The notes beneath the pieces were generated by a model. The model was given only the letters and a program-made list of their open reading frames with translations. It did no database searches and was not told where the DNA came from. Made by a program: the position numbers and the translations under genes. Of a DNA stretch of 64,000 nucleotides, positions 47,171 to 56,927 are shown piece by piece (within the stretch, counting starts at the first letter, position 1; the number at the start of each line of letters is the position of its first letter). Source of the DNA: Bacteroidaceae bacterium (GTDB taxonomy: Bacteria > Bacillota > Clostridia > Peptostreptococcales > Anaerovoracaceae); contig CAVECM010000013.1 in the NCBI GenBank assembly GCA_963614095.1, positions 10,753 through 74,752 of the forward strand, read 5' to 3'.

Positions 47171-49177
47171 CTATACTCGTTTAAACAGTTTTTCTATCTC
47201 ATATTTTGTCATTCTTATAAATGTCGGTCTGCCGTGCGGACACGAAAACGGATTCACGCATGCCGCCAGATCCTTTATCAGTGCTGCGATTTCCTCCTCT
47301 GTCAGAGCATCGCCGCCCTTTACCGCGCTTTTGCATGACTTCATTATGATTTTGTCCAGCACATTTCTGTCAGTGAGATTCGGTTTTCCGTCCAGCTCCT
47401 TGAAAAAATCGGCCAGAAAATCTTCTGCCTCATGCATTTCCATGAATGCCGGTATCTCCCGGATAATATATGTGTTGTTTCCGAAAAATTCTATGCCGTA
47501 TCCCATGCTTCTGATATCTTCAATCCATGCCTCCTCTGTCGCCGTGACGTTCGCCGAAACGCTCATATTCACAGGTATGAGGAGCTGCTGACTGAATTTA
47601 TCCCGTTCATTGTACTGCCTCAGAAGCTTCTCGTAAAACACGCGCTCGTGTGCTGCATGCTGGTCTATCAGATAAAAGTTTTTCTCATCGCAGGCCATTA
47701 TGTATGTGTTGAAAAGCGCGCCCATATAGTCAAGTCGGCGAAAGTCGAATTTTCTGCTGTCGGGCTCCTTCGGTCTCATTTCGCGGTCGTTCTGCTCGGC
47801 ATTATTTATGTTTTCGCGTAAATTCGACAATAAACTTTTTATGTCAACTTGCTCCTCTGCAGGCTTCAGTTCCTCCTCACTATGCTGTGTCTGCGTTGTT
47901 TCCGTCGACCTGGTCTCCGTCTGCGTTAGCCTCGCCTGCACTGTTTTTCCGGTTTCCGGTCTGTCCTGTGCCGATACCGTGTCTTTTGCTTCATTGTCCG
48001 TCAGAACATCAGTTCGGGTCAGAACTGTCTGTTCGTGACTGCCTCCGGTGCTCTTTGCTTCATATTCTTCTGCCGTCAGCTGCGTTTCACCTATATGAGA
48101 CTTTGTGCCGGATACTGCGTCCTGCAGGCTGCCGGTGTGCTTTTCATCAATGATCTGATGCCTGAGATTCTCACCTCTTATCTGCGGCAGTGACTCCTTT
48201 GCCTGAAGCGCCCTCGCTGCATTTTCACGTACAAAATCCTCCACCTCGAAATCATCGTCAAACCGGATTTCTTTCTTTGTCGGATGTACATTGACATCGA
48301 GCTTGTCCGCCGGAATACTCAGGAAAAGAAACGCCACCGGGAACCGCCCTGTGAACAGCTTTTCCTTATAGGCATCTTCAAGGCCCTTCTCCAGCACCTT
48401 GCTTGACACGACTCTGCCGTTCACGCAGAATATCTGCCTGCTTCTCGACGGTGCCGATGCCGACGGCGGCGATATGAATCCCCGTATGACGAAATCTCCC
48501 AGTCTTCCGTCCACCGGCAGCAGGTCACGACCTATATCACTTCCGTACACTTTGATTATATTATTGTAAATATTCCCGTTTCCGCGTGTTGCGAACACGG
48601 TTTTGCTTCCGTTTATCAGTGTTATCCCTACATCCGCATATGCGACGGCAATCCTCGACACCATGTCGGCGATGCGTCTTGTCTCCGCACTGTCCGACCC
48701 CAGAAATTTGCGTCTTGCGGGAACATTGTAAAACAGATCCCTGACCGTCACGGTCGTACCGTCCGGGCATCCGGCAGCGGTATTTTCAATAATGCAGCTG
48801 CCTTCTGCGACTGTTTTCTGTCCTGTTCTGGAATCTCGTGTCTTGGTAATCAGCTCGACCCGCGACACTGCGCATATGCTCGCAAGCGCCTCACCGCGGA
48901 ACCCCAGCGTATTTATCGCATCAAGATCATGCTCTGTTGAAATCTTGCTTGTCGCATGACGCCTGAATGCGATTTCAGTCTGGCTGTTTTCTATGCCGCA
49001 TCCGTTGTCTGTCACTCTGATATATGATTTGCCGCCGTGCCTGATTTCTACTGTTATGCTGTCCGCTCCCGCATCCAGTGAATTCTCCAGGAGCTCTTTT
49101 ATAATAGAAACGGGTCTGTCTATGACCTCGCCGGCGGCAATTTTATCAGCAACGCTTTTGTCCAAAATCCTAATCAT
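47171..49177 (-). CDS. mutL: DNA mismatch repair endonuclease MutL
   Basis: IAAGEVI, KELLENSLDAG, GFRGEALASI, DVNVHPTK, DQHAAHER, CPHGRP. Confidence 0.96.
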   Translation of the reverse strand: MIRILDKSVADKIAAGEVIDRPVSIIKELLENSLDAGADSITVEIRHGGKSYIRVTDNGCGIENSQTEIAFRRHATSKISTEHDLDAINTLGFRGEALASICAVSRVELITKTRDSRTGQKTVAEGSCIIENTAAGCPDGTTVTVRDLFYNVPARRKFLGSDSAETRRIADMVSRIAVAYADVGITLINGSKTVFATRGNGNIYNNIIKVYGSDIGRDLLPVDGRLGDFVIRGFISPPSASAPSRSRQIFCVNGRVVSSKVLEKGLEDAYKEKLFTGRFPVAFLFLSIPADKLDVNVHPTKKEIRFDDDFEVEDFVRENAARALQAKESLPQIRGENLRHQIIDEKHTGSLQDAVSGTKSHIGETQLTAEEYEAKSTGGSHEQTVLTRTDVLTDNEAKDTVSAQDRPETGKTVQARLTQTETRSTETTQTQHSEEELKPAEEQVDIKSLLSNLRENINNAEQNDREMRPKEPDSRKFDFRRLDYMGALFNTYIMACDEKNFYLIDQHAAHERVFYEKLLRQYNERDKFSQQLLIPVNMSVSANVTATEEAWIEDIRSMGYGIEFFGNNTYIIREIPAFMEMHEAEDFLADFFKELDGKPNLTDRNVLDKIIMKSCKSAVKGGDALTEEEIAALIKDLAACVNPFSCPHGRPTFIRMTKYEIEKLFKRV

Positions 49178-51798
49178 AGATATTCTTTAAGTTCCTCCAG
49201 TATTCTCAGAGCCTGTGACGGCGTGGTTTCCATAAGATCCAGCTCCCTGAGCCGCTGTGTGACCGGGTCGGGAATCGCCGCAAACATCGACATCTGCATT
49301 TCCTCCTCACGGCATTCACATGAATCAGCCGGCAAACTGCTCCCGCACGGCATGCCTGCACTGCCTGTGCTGTTTTCCAGATCGTAAAGGTGGCGCTGTG
49401 CATTCTGCAGCAGCTCCGCCGGCGCGCCTGCAATCTTTGCGACATGTATGCCGTAGCTCCTGCTCGCACTTCCCTCCACGATTTTGTGAAGAAACACGAC
49501 ATCGCCGTTTTCCTCATCAACATCCACATTCAGATTGCGTATTCCTTCCGTTGTTCCTTCAAGCTGCGTCATCTCATGATAATGCGTCGCAAAAAGCGTT
49601 CTTATCTTTCTGGCGGGCTCGGAAAGAAACTCTGCCGCTGCCCACGCTATGGACAGCCCGTCATACGTACTCGTGCCGCGGCCGATTTCATCCAGAATCA
49701 CCAGACTCGACGGGGTCGCCGTGTTAAGTATATATGCCAGCTCGCTCATTTCCACAAAAAATGTACTCTGTCCCTGAGCCAGATTGTCCGATGCGCCTAT
49801 TCTGGTGAAAATCCTGTCGCAGATACCGATTCGGGCACTTTCGCACGGGACAAAGCATCCGGCCTGCGCCATCAGCACTATCAGCGCGGTCTGTCTCATA
49901 TATGTGGATTTTCCGGACATATTCGGACCGGTTATCAGCAGCAGGCTCTGCTTCTTCTTGTCGAGATAAGTATCATTGCTGACAAAAATACCGTCCCTAA
50001 TAGTCCGCTCGACTACCGGGTGCCTGCCCTTCCTTATCTCTATCACGTCACCGTCGTCAACTGCAGGCTTTACATAATTATTCTTTTCGCTGACATCAGC
50101 AAACGAAATAAGCACATCAAGCGCCGCAATGGCCGCAGATGTCTCCTGAATCTCCCTTATATGCTCCTGCAGTGATTTTCTTATATCCGTAAAAAGCTCG
50201 TATTCCATCTGGTTTATCTTCGCCTCGGCATTGAGGACCAGGCGTTCAGTCTCCTTGAGCTCAGGAGTTATAAAGCGCTCGCAGTTGACGAGTGTCTGCT
50301 TTCTTATATAATTATCGGGAATCATATCGTAATACGACTTTGTCACCTCAAGATAATATCCGAATACCTTGTTGAATCCGACCTTGAGATTCTTTATTCC
50401 CGTTCTTTCTCTCTCGCTGCCTTCAAGCCCCGCGATCCAGTCCTGGGCATCCTTTATGGAGCTTTTCAGCTCGTCGAGCTCCTGCGAATAGCCTTCCTTT
50501 ATCAGCCCGCCCTCCTTAACGGAAAACGGCGGTTCCTCGACTATCCCCGTATCAATTGTCTCATATACCTGCCGCAGCGAATGTATCCGGCCCTCCAGCT
50601 CGCTGAGCAGCGGTGAATCAGCCGAAAGGAGCTCTTCCTTAATATCCGGGAGCACATGGCACGAATTGCGCAGTGCGATGAGATCCTTGCCGTTGGCCGT
50701 ACCGCATGCGATACGCCCGGTCAGACGCTCGAAATCATACACACGCTTCAGCGAGTCGCTGATATTGTTTCTTATCAGTATGTTTTCAAGCAGGGAATCG
50801 ACCGCATCGAGCCTCGCCGTTATTCCGGCCACATCGTTAAGCGGTTCCTTGATCCACTGCCTCAGCTTTCTCGAGCCCATTGCTGTATGAGTTCTGTCGA
50901 GGACGCCGAGAAGCGAACCCTTGATCTTTTTCTCAAACAGAGTTTCGGTCAGCTCAAGATTCTTGATTGTGGCTTTGTCGAGGGACATCCTCTGCCCCAT
51001 ATTGTAAATGCTCAGGCTTACTATATGACCGAGTGCGTTTTTCTGCGTATCGTGAAGATAGAGCAAAAGCGCGCCGAGCGCAGTCTCTGCGGGAGAATCC
51101 TCCTCTACACCGATGCCCAGCACAGCCGATACATCAAACTGCCGCTTTATAACATCTCTTGCCGGCTCGGTTCCGTAATACGACTCGTCTATGATATTGA
51201 CATACGCATTCAGCACAGAATTCATGCTTTCAGGCTGCAGTTCTTCTGCTGTCGCTTCATCCAGTATCAGCTCGCTGGCATTTATCTTGACCAGTTCATT
51301 GATCAGATTTTCCTTCATGCCCGCACCGGAAACAGTGGTAAGATATATCTCACCCGTGGAAACATCGCAGTACGAAAGCCCGCATGCGCTGCCGCCTGCA
51401 AATACAGATGCGATATAATTGTTCTCGTTTTCTCTCAGCATCGAGCTGCTGAGAATCGTACCCGGTGTCACTATCCGGATCACTTCTCTTCTGACAAGGC
51501 CCTTTGATGCCGCCGGATCTTCAGTCTGCTCACATATCGCAACCTTATAGCCCTTTTCAACAAGACGCGATATGTAAGTGTCTGCAGAATGAAAAGGAAC
51601 TCCGCACATCGGAGCCCTTTCTTCCATGCCGCAGTTTTTCCCGGTAAGCGTCAGCTCCAGTTCACGGGAAACAAGCACGGCATCATCAAAAAACATTTCA
51701 TAAAAATCGCCGAGACGAAAAAACAGGATACAGTCCTTGTATTCGTTTTTTATGTCCATATACTGCTGCATCATCGGTGATAGCTTCTGTGCCGCCAT
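49174..51798 (-). CDS. mutS: DNA mismatch repair protein MutS
   Basis: PMMQQY, FRLGDFYEMF, TGPNMSGKSTYMRQ, STFFVEM, DEIGRGTST, FATHYHE. Confidence 0.97.
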   Translation of the reverse strand: MAAQKLSPMMQQYMDIKNEYKDCILFFRLGDFYEMFFDDAVLVSRELELTLTGKNCGMEERAPMCGVPFHSADTYISRLVEKGYKVAICEQTEDPAASKGLVRREVIRIVTPGTILSSSMLRENENNYIASVFAGGSACGLSYCDVSTGEIYLTTVSGAGMKENLINELVKINASELILDEATAEELQPESMNSVLNAYVNIIDESYYGTEPARDVIKRQFDVSAVLGIGVEEDSPAETALGALLLYLHDTQKNALGHIVSLSIYNMGQRMSLDKATIKNLELTETLFEKKIKGSLLGVLDRTHTAMGSRKLRQWIKEPLNDVAGITARLDAVDSLLENILIRNNISDSLKRVYDFERLTGRIACGTANGKDLIALRNSCHVLPDIKEELLSADSPLLSELEGRIHSLRQVYETIDTGIVEEPPFSVKEGGLIKEGYSQELDELKSSIKDAQDWIAGLEGSERERTGIKNLKVGFNKVFGYYLEVTKSYYDMIPDNYIRKQTLVNCERFITPELKETERLVLNAEAKINQMEYELFTDIRKSLQEHIREIQETSAAIAALDVLISFADVSEKNNYVKPAVDDGDVIEIRKGRHPVVERTIRDGIFVSNDTYLDKKKQSLLLITGPNMSGKSTYMRQTALIVLMAQAGCFVPCESARIGICDRIFTRIGASDNLAQGQSTFFVEMSELAYILNTATPSSLVILDEIGRGTSTYDGLSIAWAAAEFLSEPARKIRTLFATHYHEMTQLEGTTEGIRNLNVDVDEENGDVVFLHKIVEGSASRSYGIHVAKIAGAPAELLQNAQRHLYDLENSTGSAGMPCGSSLPADSCECREEEMQMSMFAAIPDPVTQRLRELDLMETTPSQALRILEELKEYL

Positions 51799-51871
51799 TT
51801 CGTGTATCCTCCCGTAAATTCTGCTGTTTTTTACTGCAGCACCGGTTGTCTTACTGCATTTTATCTGTTTT

Positions 51872-53062
51872 TTATCGTTCGCTGTATTTTTCGAGGCCGA
51901 GTCTGATAAGTTCCACGCCTCTTCTCATGTCGTCCTTATTCAGCACATATGCGATACGGATTTCGTCTTTTCCCAGTCCCGGTGTGGCATAAAAGCCTTC
52001 AGCCGGCGAGAACATTACCGTCTCTCCGTTGTCGCTGAACTCAGTGAGCAGGAACATCAGAAAATCCTCTATATTGTCAACCGGCAGTTTTGCCATTATG
52101 TAAAACGATCCGCCCGGTTTGCGGCATACGATTCCCGGTATCTTCATCAGTTCCTCATATACGGCATCTCTTCTCTCCTCGTACTGCTCTCTGGCCTCCT
52201 CATAATAAGATCTGTCCATCCTGTAAAGCGCCGCTGCACCCACCTGATCGAGAGTAGGGCAGCACAGTCTTCCCTGAGCCAGCTTCATAACGCTGTCCAT
52301 AAGCTCCTTGTTTCTGCTTACGATGCATCCGACTCTGGCACCGCATGCCGAGAAACGTTTTGAAACAGAATCTATGATAATGACTCTGTCCTGCAGCTCC
52401 GGCAGCATACCGAATGAAGTGATTTCGCCTCCGTCATATATGAATTCGCGGTATACCTCGTCAGCGATTATCCAGAGGTCATGCTTTGCCGCAATTTCAC
52501 CGATCAGCTTTATATCATCCATAGTAAGCACTCTTCCTGTGGGGTTTCCCGGGCTGGTGCATATAATTGCTCTTGTCTTCTCGGTTATTGCCGACTCAAT
52601 CAGCTCTGCATCGGCATATGCATACCCCTCCTCGGCCTTTGTGGTAATCGGAGCAATGACGCCGCTTGCTGATGTGACGAATGTCTGATAGTTCGTGTAA
52701 AACGGCTCAGCTGTTATTACCTCATCGCCCGGATCCAGTATGCAATTGAATACCATCGTCAGCGCCTCCGAACCTCCGTTCGTCACCATGACATCATCTC
52801 TGTCAAAATGCATGCCGTATGCTGTGAAGTAATCACATATGGCATCCTGAAGCTCAGCCACGCCGCCTGACTCCGCATATGCTATGACCTTCTGATCGTA
52901 GCTTCTGATTGCGTCCATGAAGCATGCCGGTGTCTCCACGTCCGGCTGTCCTATATTAAGTCTGTATATTTTAATCCCGCGCTTTTCTGCGTCAAGGGCA
53001 TACGAATTGAATTTTCGTATGGGGGAATGTTCAATCTGTTTTAATCTTTCTGATATATTCAT
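51872..53062 (-). CDS. PLP-dependent aminotransferase class I/II (copy 2, paralogue of 21764-22960)
   Basis: HSPIRKF, LNIGQPD, PGNPTG, ADEVYREF, DSVSKRFSACGARVG. Confidence 0.9.
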   Translation of the reverse strand: MNISERLKQIEHSPIRKFNSYALDAEKRGIKIYRLNIGQPDVETPACFMDAIRSYDQKVIAYAESGGVAELQDAICDYFTAYGMHFDRDDVMVTNGGSEALTMVFNCILDPGDEVITAEPFYTNYQTFVTSASGVIAPITTKAEEGYAYADAELIESAITEKTRAIICTSPGNPTGRVLTMDDIKLIGEIAAKHDLWIIADEVYREFIYDGGEITSFGMLPELQDRVIIIDSVSKRFSACGARVGCIVSRNKELMDSVMKLAQGRLCCPTLDQVGAAALYRMDRSYYEEAREQYEERRDAVYEELMKIPGIVCRKPGGSFYIMAKLPVDNIEDFLMFLLTEFSDNGETVMFSPAEGFYATPGLGKDEIRIAYVLNKDDMRRGVELIRLGLEKYSER

Positions 53063-53110
53063 TTTATTTCTGCTCCTTTACTCTCCAAAAATTATGCAGT
53101 CTGTTTTTCA

Positions 53111-53902
53111 TCAGTCAAGGTTTCTGTGGGAATCTTCCACTGTTCCGTCAATATCCGGCTCTGTATCTGCCGGAGTTTTCTTCATATAAAGAAGGTATTC
53201 TATATTGCCTTTGGTCCCCGTTACGGGAGAATAAGTGAGTCCGTGGCTGTAAAGCCCGTTGTCTTTTCCGTAAGCTATAACATTTTCGATAACCTCTTTA
53301 TGGACTGAAGCGTCCCTGACTATCCCTTTTTTCCCAACCTGTTCTCTGCCGGCCTCAAACTGAGGCTTTACAAGGCAGACCAGACTTCCGTCCTCTGCGA
53401 GCAGCTTTGCCGCCACAGGGAAAATAAGTCTGAGTGAGATAAACGACACATCAATGCTGATAAAATCGACATCGCTGTCCACTGTATCTTTGTCCAGATA
53501 TCTCACATTCGTTTTTTCCATATTGACCACGCGAGGGTCATTTCTGAGCTTCCAGTCAAGCTGACCGTAGCCCACATCTATCGCAAATACCTTTGCCGCA
53601 CCGTTTTTCAGCATGCAGTCGGTAAAACCTCCCGTAGATGCACCTATATCGACAGCCGTTGCGCCTTCAAGCGAAAATCCGTACAGCTCCAGTGCCTTTT
53701 CCAGCTTCAGACCGCCCCTGCTCACATAAGGGCAGAGTGCTTCCTTTACAGTAATTTCAGCGTCCTCGGCGACCGCAGTCCCTGCTTTGTCGACACGCTG
53801 TCCGTCAACATAGACAAGTCCCGCCATAATCGAGGCCTTAGCTTTTTCTCTCGACGGGAAAATATTCTTTTCTGTCAGTATTACATCAAGCCTTTTTTTC
53901 AA
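53111..53902 (-). CDS. tlyA: TlyA family rRNA methyltransferase
   Basis: S4 domain; YVSRGGLKL, DIGASTGGFTD, DVSFISL, LVKPQFEAG, GNIEYL. Confidence 0.93.
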   Translation of the reverse strand: MKKRLDVILTEKNIFPSREKAKASIMAGLVYVDGQRVDKAGTAVAEDAEITVKEALCPYVSRGGLKLEKALELYGFSLEGATAVDIGASTGGFTDCMLKNGAAKVFAIDVGYGQLDWKLRNDPRVVNMEKTNVRYLDKDTVDSDVDFISIDVSFISLRLIFPVAAKLLAEDGSLVCLVKPQFEAGREQVGKKGIVRDASVHKEVIENVIAYGKDNGLYSHGLTYSPVTGTKGNIEYLLYMKKTPADTEPDIDGTVEDSHRNLD

Positions 53903-55748
53903 CTTCCTGAATTATCCTTTCCGCTACAGAATGTCCGTCCATGCCGTATTTACTGTAAAGCTCGCCGCATGTTCCGTGTTCGATGAATGTATCCGGCCAT
54001 CCTATATTCATTATTTCAGTGCTGCCGTTTATCAGCACGCTGTTTATCTCTTCGCCCATTCCTCCGCAGAGCACATTGTCCTCCATGGTCACAATCATCG
54101 GGACCCTTCCGGCCGCTTCTCTGAGTGCTTCCGAGTCTAGAGGCATAAGAAATCTGGCATTGACGACACCCGCGCTGATTCCGTGCTCCTTCAGTATCCG
54201 GGCAGCCTCCAGTGCTTTTTCCACCATGGCTCCGAGTGCCCAGATATCCACATCGCTTCCCGAAAGAAGTCTCTCGGATTTCCCGAGCTCGATTTTCTCT
54301 GTATCCCCCAGCTGAGGCGCCGTACCTCTCGGATATCTTACCGCGCACGGCTTATCATATGATGCCGCAAAATCCAGCATCGCCTCAAGCTCGGCTCCGT
54401 CTTTCGGTGCCATTACCGCCAGGTTCGGCATATGCTTCAGATAACTCAGATCAAATACACCGTGATGAGTTTCTCCGTCATTTCCGACTATGCCGGCCCT
54501 GTCTATGCAAAAGGTTACAGGCAGCTCCTGCAGGCATACATCCTCCATTATATGGTCATATGCTCTCTGCAGAAATGTCGAATATACCGCAACAAACGGC
54601 TTCATGCCGGCCTTTGCCAGCCCCGCGGAAAACGTCACGGCATGTCCCTCCGCTATGCCGACATCAAAAGCTCTGTCGGGGTATTTCTCGTGAAAGCCTG
54701 CAAGTCCCGTTCCCTCCATCATCGCAGCGCTGACTGCGGCTATCCTGCTGTCAGTCTCTGCCATGCTGCTGAGCTTGTTTCCGAAAATCGCCGAATATGA
54801 CGGCGCATCTGATTTTTTCAGCAGCTGTCCGGATTTCTTGTCGAACGGTCCTATGCCGTGGAAAACGTTCGGTTTTTCCTCAGCCTTGCTGTAGCCTTTT
54901 CCTTTTTTTGTCATAACATGTATGAAGACCGGTTCATCGGCTCCGCGCGCCAGCTCCAGGACCTCACACAGCTCAGGTATATTGTGCCCGTCCACCGGAC
55001 CGAAATACTTGAATCCGAGCTCCTCGAATATGATTCCGTCAATCATCGCATATTTTACAGAATCCCTTATATGCTGCAGCGCAGCGACAATTCCGTCGCC
55101 TACCAGCGGAACCCTTGAAACATTCTTCTTTATCCGCGCCTTCATCGCTATATATTTGCGTGAGCTTCTGAGCTTGCGCAGATACTTCGACATACCGCCC
55201 GTATTGTGAGAAATAGACATACCGTTGTCATTCAGTATCACAATCAGCTTAGTGTTCAGATTTCCTATATTGTTCATCGCTTCAAATGCCAGTCCGCCGG
55301 TCATCGCACCATCGCCGATGACTGAAATGACATTGTAGCTGTCACCTGCAAGGTCGCGCGCCGCTGCCATGCCGAGTCCCAGGGACACGGATGAACTGCT
55401 GTGGCCTGTATCGAACACGTCATACGGACTCTCTGCGCTTTTAGGGAAGCCGCTCATGCCGCCGAACTGTCTCAGCGTGGGAAAACGCTCGATTCTTCCT
55501 GTGAGAATCTTATGGACATATGTCTGATGTCCCACGTCCCATATTATCTTGTCCGCAGGCGGGTCGAATACTCTGTGCAATGCTATGGAAAGCTCGACTG
55601 CACCGAGGTTCGATGACAGGTGTCCGCCGGTCTTCGAAACGCTGTCGACGAGAAAATCTCTGATTTCATAGGTCAGCAGCTCAAGCTCGCTGTAATCCAG
55701 AGTTTTCAGATCATCGGGCAGACTGAGGCTTTTCAGGTATCTGCTCAT
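53886..55748 (-). CDS. dxs: 1-deoxy-D-xylulose-5-phosphate synthase
   Basis: GGHLSSNLG, WDVGHQ, GDGAMTGG, LNDN, YSTFLQRAYD, DRAG, DGETH. Confidence 0.96.
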   Translation of the reverse strand: MSRYLKSLSLPDDLKTLDYSELELLTYEIRDFLVDSVSKTGGHLSSNLGAVELSIALHRVFDPPADKIIWDVGHQTYVHKILTGRIERFPTLRQFGGMSGFPKSAESPYDVFDTGHSSSSVSLGLGMAAARDLAGDSYNVISVIGDGAMTGGLAFEAMNNIGNLNTKLIVILNDNGMSISHNTGGMSKYLRKLRSSRKYIAMKARIKKNVSRVPLVGDGIVAALQHIRDSVKYAMIDGIIFEELGFKYFGPVDGHNIPELCEVLELARGADEPVFIHVMTKKGKGYSKAEEKPNVFHGIGPFDKKSGQLLKKSDAPSYSAIFGNKLSSMAETDSRIAAVSAAMMEGTGLAGFHEKYPDRAFDVGIAEGHAVTFSAGLAKAGMKPFVAVYSTFLQRAYDHIMEDVCLQELPVTFCIDRAGIVGNDGETHHGVFDLSYLKHMPNLAVMAPKDGAELEAMLDFAASYDKPCAVRYPRGTAPQLGDTEKIELGKSERLLSGSDVDIWALGAMVEKALEAARILKEHGISAGVVNARFLMPLDSEALREAAGRVPMIVTMEDNVLCGGMGEEINSVLINGSTEIMNIGWPDTFIEHGTCGELYSKYGMDGHSVAERIIQEVEKKA

Positions 55749-55749
55749 G

Positions 55750-56646
55750 CTATTTTCCCCTTACCGCCAGGTCTTTTGCCAGCTTTACAAAAACTTCCGC
55801 ATTGTCGTAGTAGTCGTGGAGTGCGTCCACGGCAGTGTCCGTAAGCTCTCTGAGTCTCTGCTTTGATTCTTCAAGCCCATAAAGGGATGGGTATGTGGCC
55901 TTCTTGTTGATGCTGTCCATTCCCGATTTTTTGCCCATTTCTTCCTCGCTGCCCACTACGTCCAGTATGTCATCACAGATCTGGAATGCAAGTCCGAGGT
56001 TCTCCGCATAAACAGTCAGATCCTCAAGAGTCTTTGCGTCGGCATTCCCGAGCCTTGCACCCGCCTTCACAGCGGCAACTATCAGTGCTGATGTTTTGGT
56101 AAGATGAATGTAATCGAGCATTTCCTTCGAACAGTTTCTGTCCTCTGCCTCCATATCCGCAATCTGACCGGCAACGATTCCTCTGCATCCCGAACCTTTG
56201 TTTATCTCATAAGCGGCGCGCACTTTACGCTTAAGTGCCTCGCTGTCATCAAAATACATGAGCATGTCAGTGTTCATCGCTTCAAATGCCGCTGACTGCA
56301 GTCCGTCTCCCGCCAGTGTCGCCACTGCTTCTCCGTAAACCTTGTGATTTGTCGGCACACCTCTTCTCAGGTCGTCATTGTCCATGCACGGCAGATCGTC
56401 ATGTATAAGTGAATATGTGTGAATATACTCTATCGCACACGCATAGGGCAGAGCCTCGGTTATGCTGCCGCCGCAGAAATCACATGCCGCGAGCAGAAGC
56501 ACAGGTCTGATTCTCTTGCCGCCTGCAGAAAGGCTGTATTTCATGGACTCATAAAGAGTGATACTCTTGTGATCGACGTCCGGTATGAAATCCAGCAGAT
56601 GTTCTTCCAGCAGTTCTTTGTAATCATTAAAAGTATAATCAGTCAT
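55750..56646 (-). CDS. ispA: Polyprenyl (farnesyl) diphosphate synthase
   Basis: GGKRIRP, SLIHDDLPCMDNDDLRRG, FQICDDILD, KATYP. Confidence 0.93.
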   Translation of the reverse strand: MTDYTFNDYKELLEEHLLDFIPDVDHKSITLYESMKYSLSAGGKRIRPVLLLAACDFCGGSITEALPYACAIEYIHTYSLIHDDLPCMDNDDLRRGVPTNHKVYGEAVATLAGDGLQSAAFEAMNTDMLMYFDDSEALKRKVRAAYEINKGSGCRGIVAGQIADMEAEDRNCSKEMLDYIHLTKTSALIVAAVKAGARLGNADAKTLEDLTVYAENLGLAFQICDDILDVVGSEEEMGKKSGMDSINKKATYPSLYGLEESKQRLRELTDTAVDALHDYYDNAEVFVKLAKDLAVRGK

Positions 56647-56854
56647 GATACGCCTCCTGTTTTGTTAGTGTTTCGATTTTTTGATTTGCTTTTTCCAGTA
56701 TCTCACTGCACTGTTTATAATACTTCATGCCTTCTTCGTAGCTTTTTATCGCGTCCTCAAGTGAAACATCCTCGGATTTCAGCTTTTCGGATGCGTTCTC
56801 AAGCTTTTTCAGTATCTCTTCAAAGCTTTCTTTCTTAACGGTTTTATCCCCCAT
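56639..56854 (-). CDS. xseB: Exodeoxyribonuclease VII small subunit
   Basis: SFEE...LE...SLEDAIKSYEEG...C..ILEKA; follows xseA. Confidence 0.92.
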   Translation of the reverse strand: MGDKTVKKESFEEILKKLENASEKLKSEDVSLEDAIKSYEEGMKYYKQCSEILEKANQKIETLTKQEAYHD

Positions 56855-56927
56855 GTCAATATTCCTTTCCGGTTGTGTTCAGATTTCCGGTCCCTCCGCT
56901 GCTTTCGGTTCAGTCGGTCCGCCCGGT

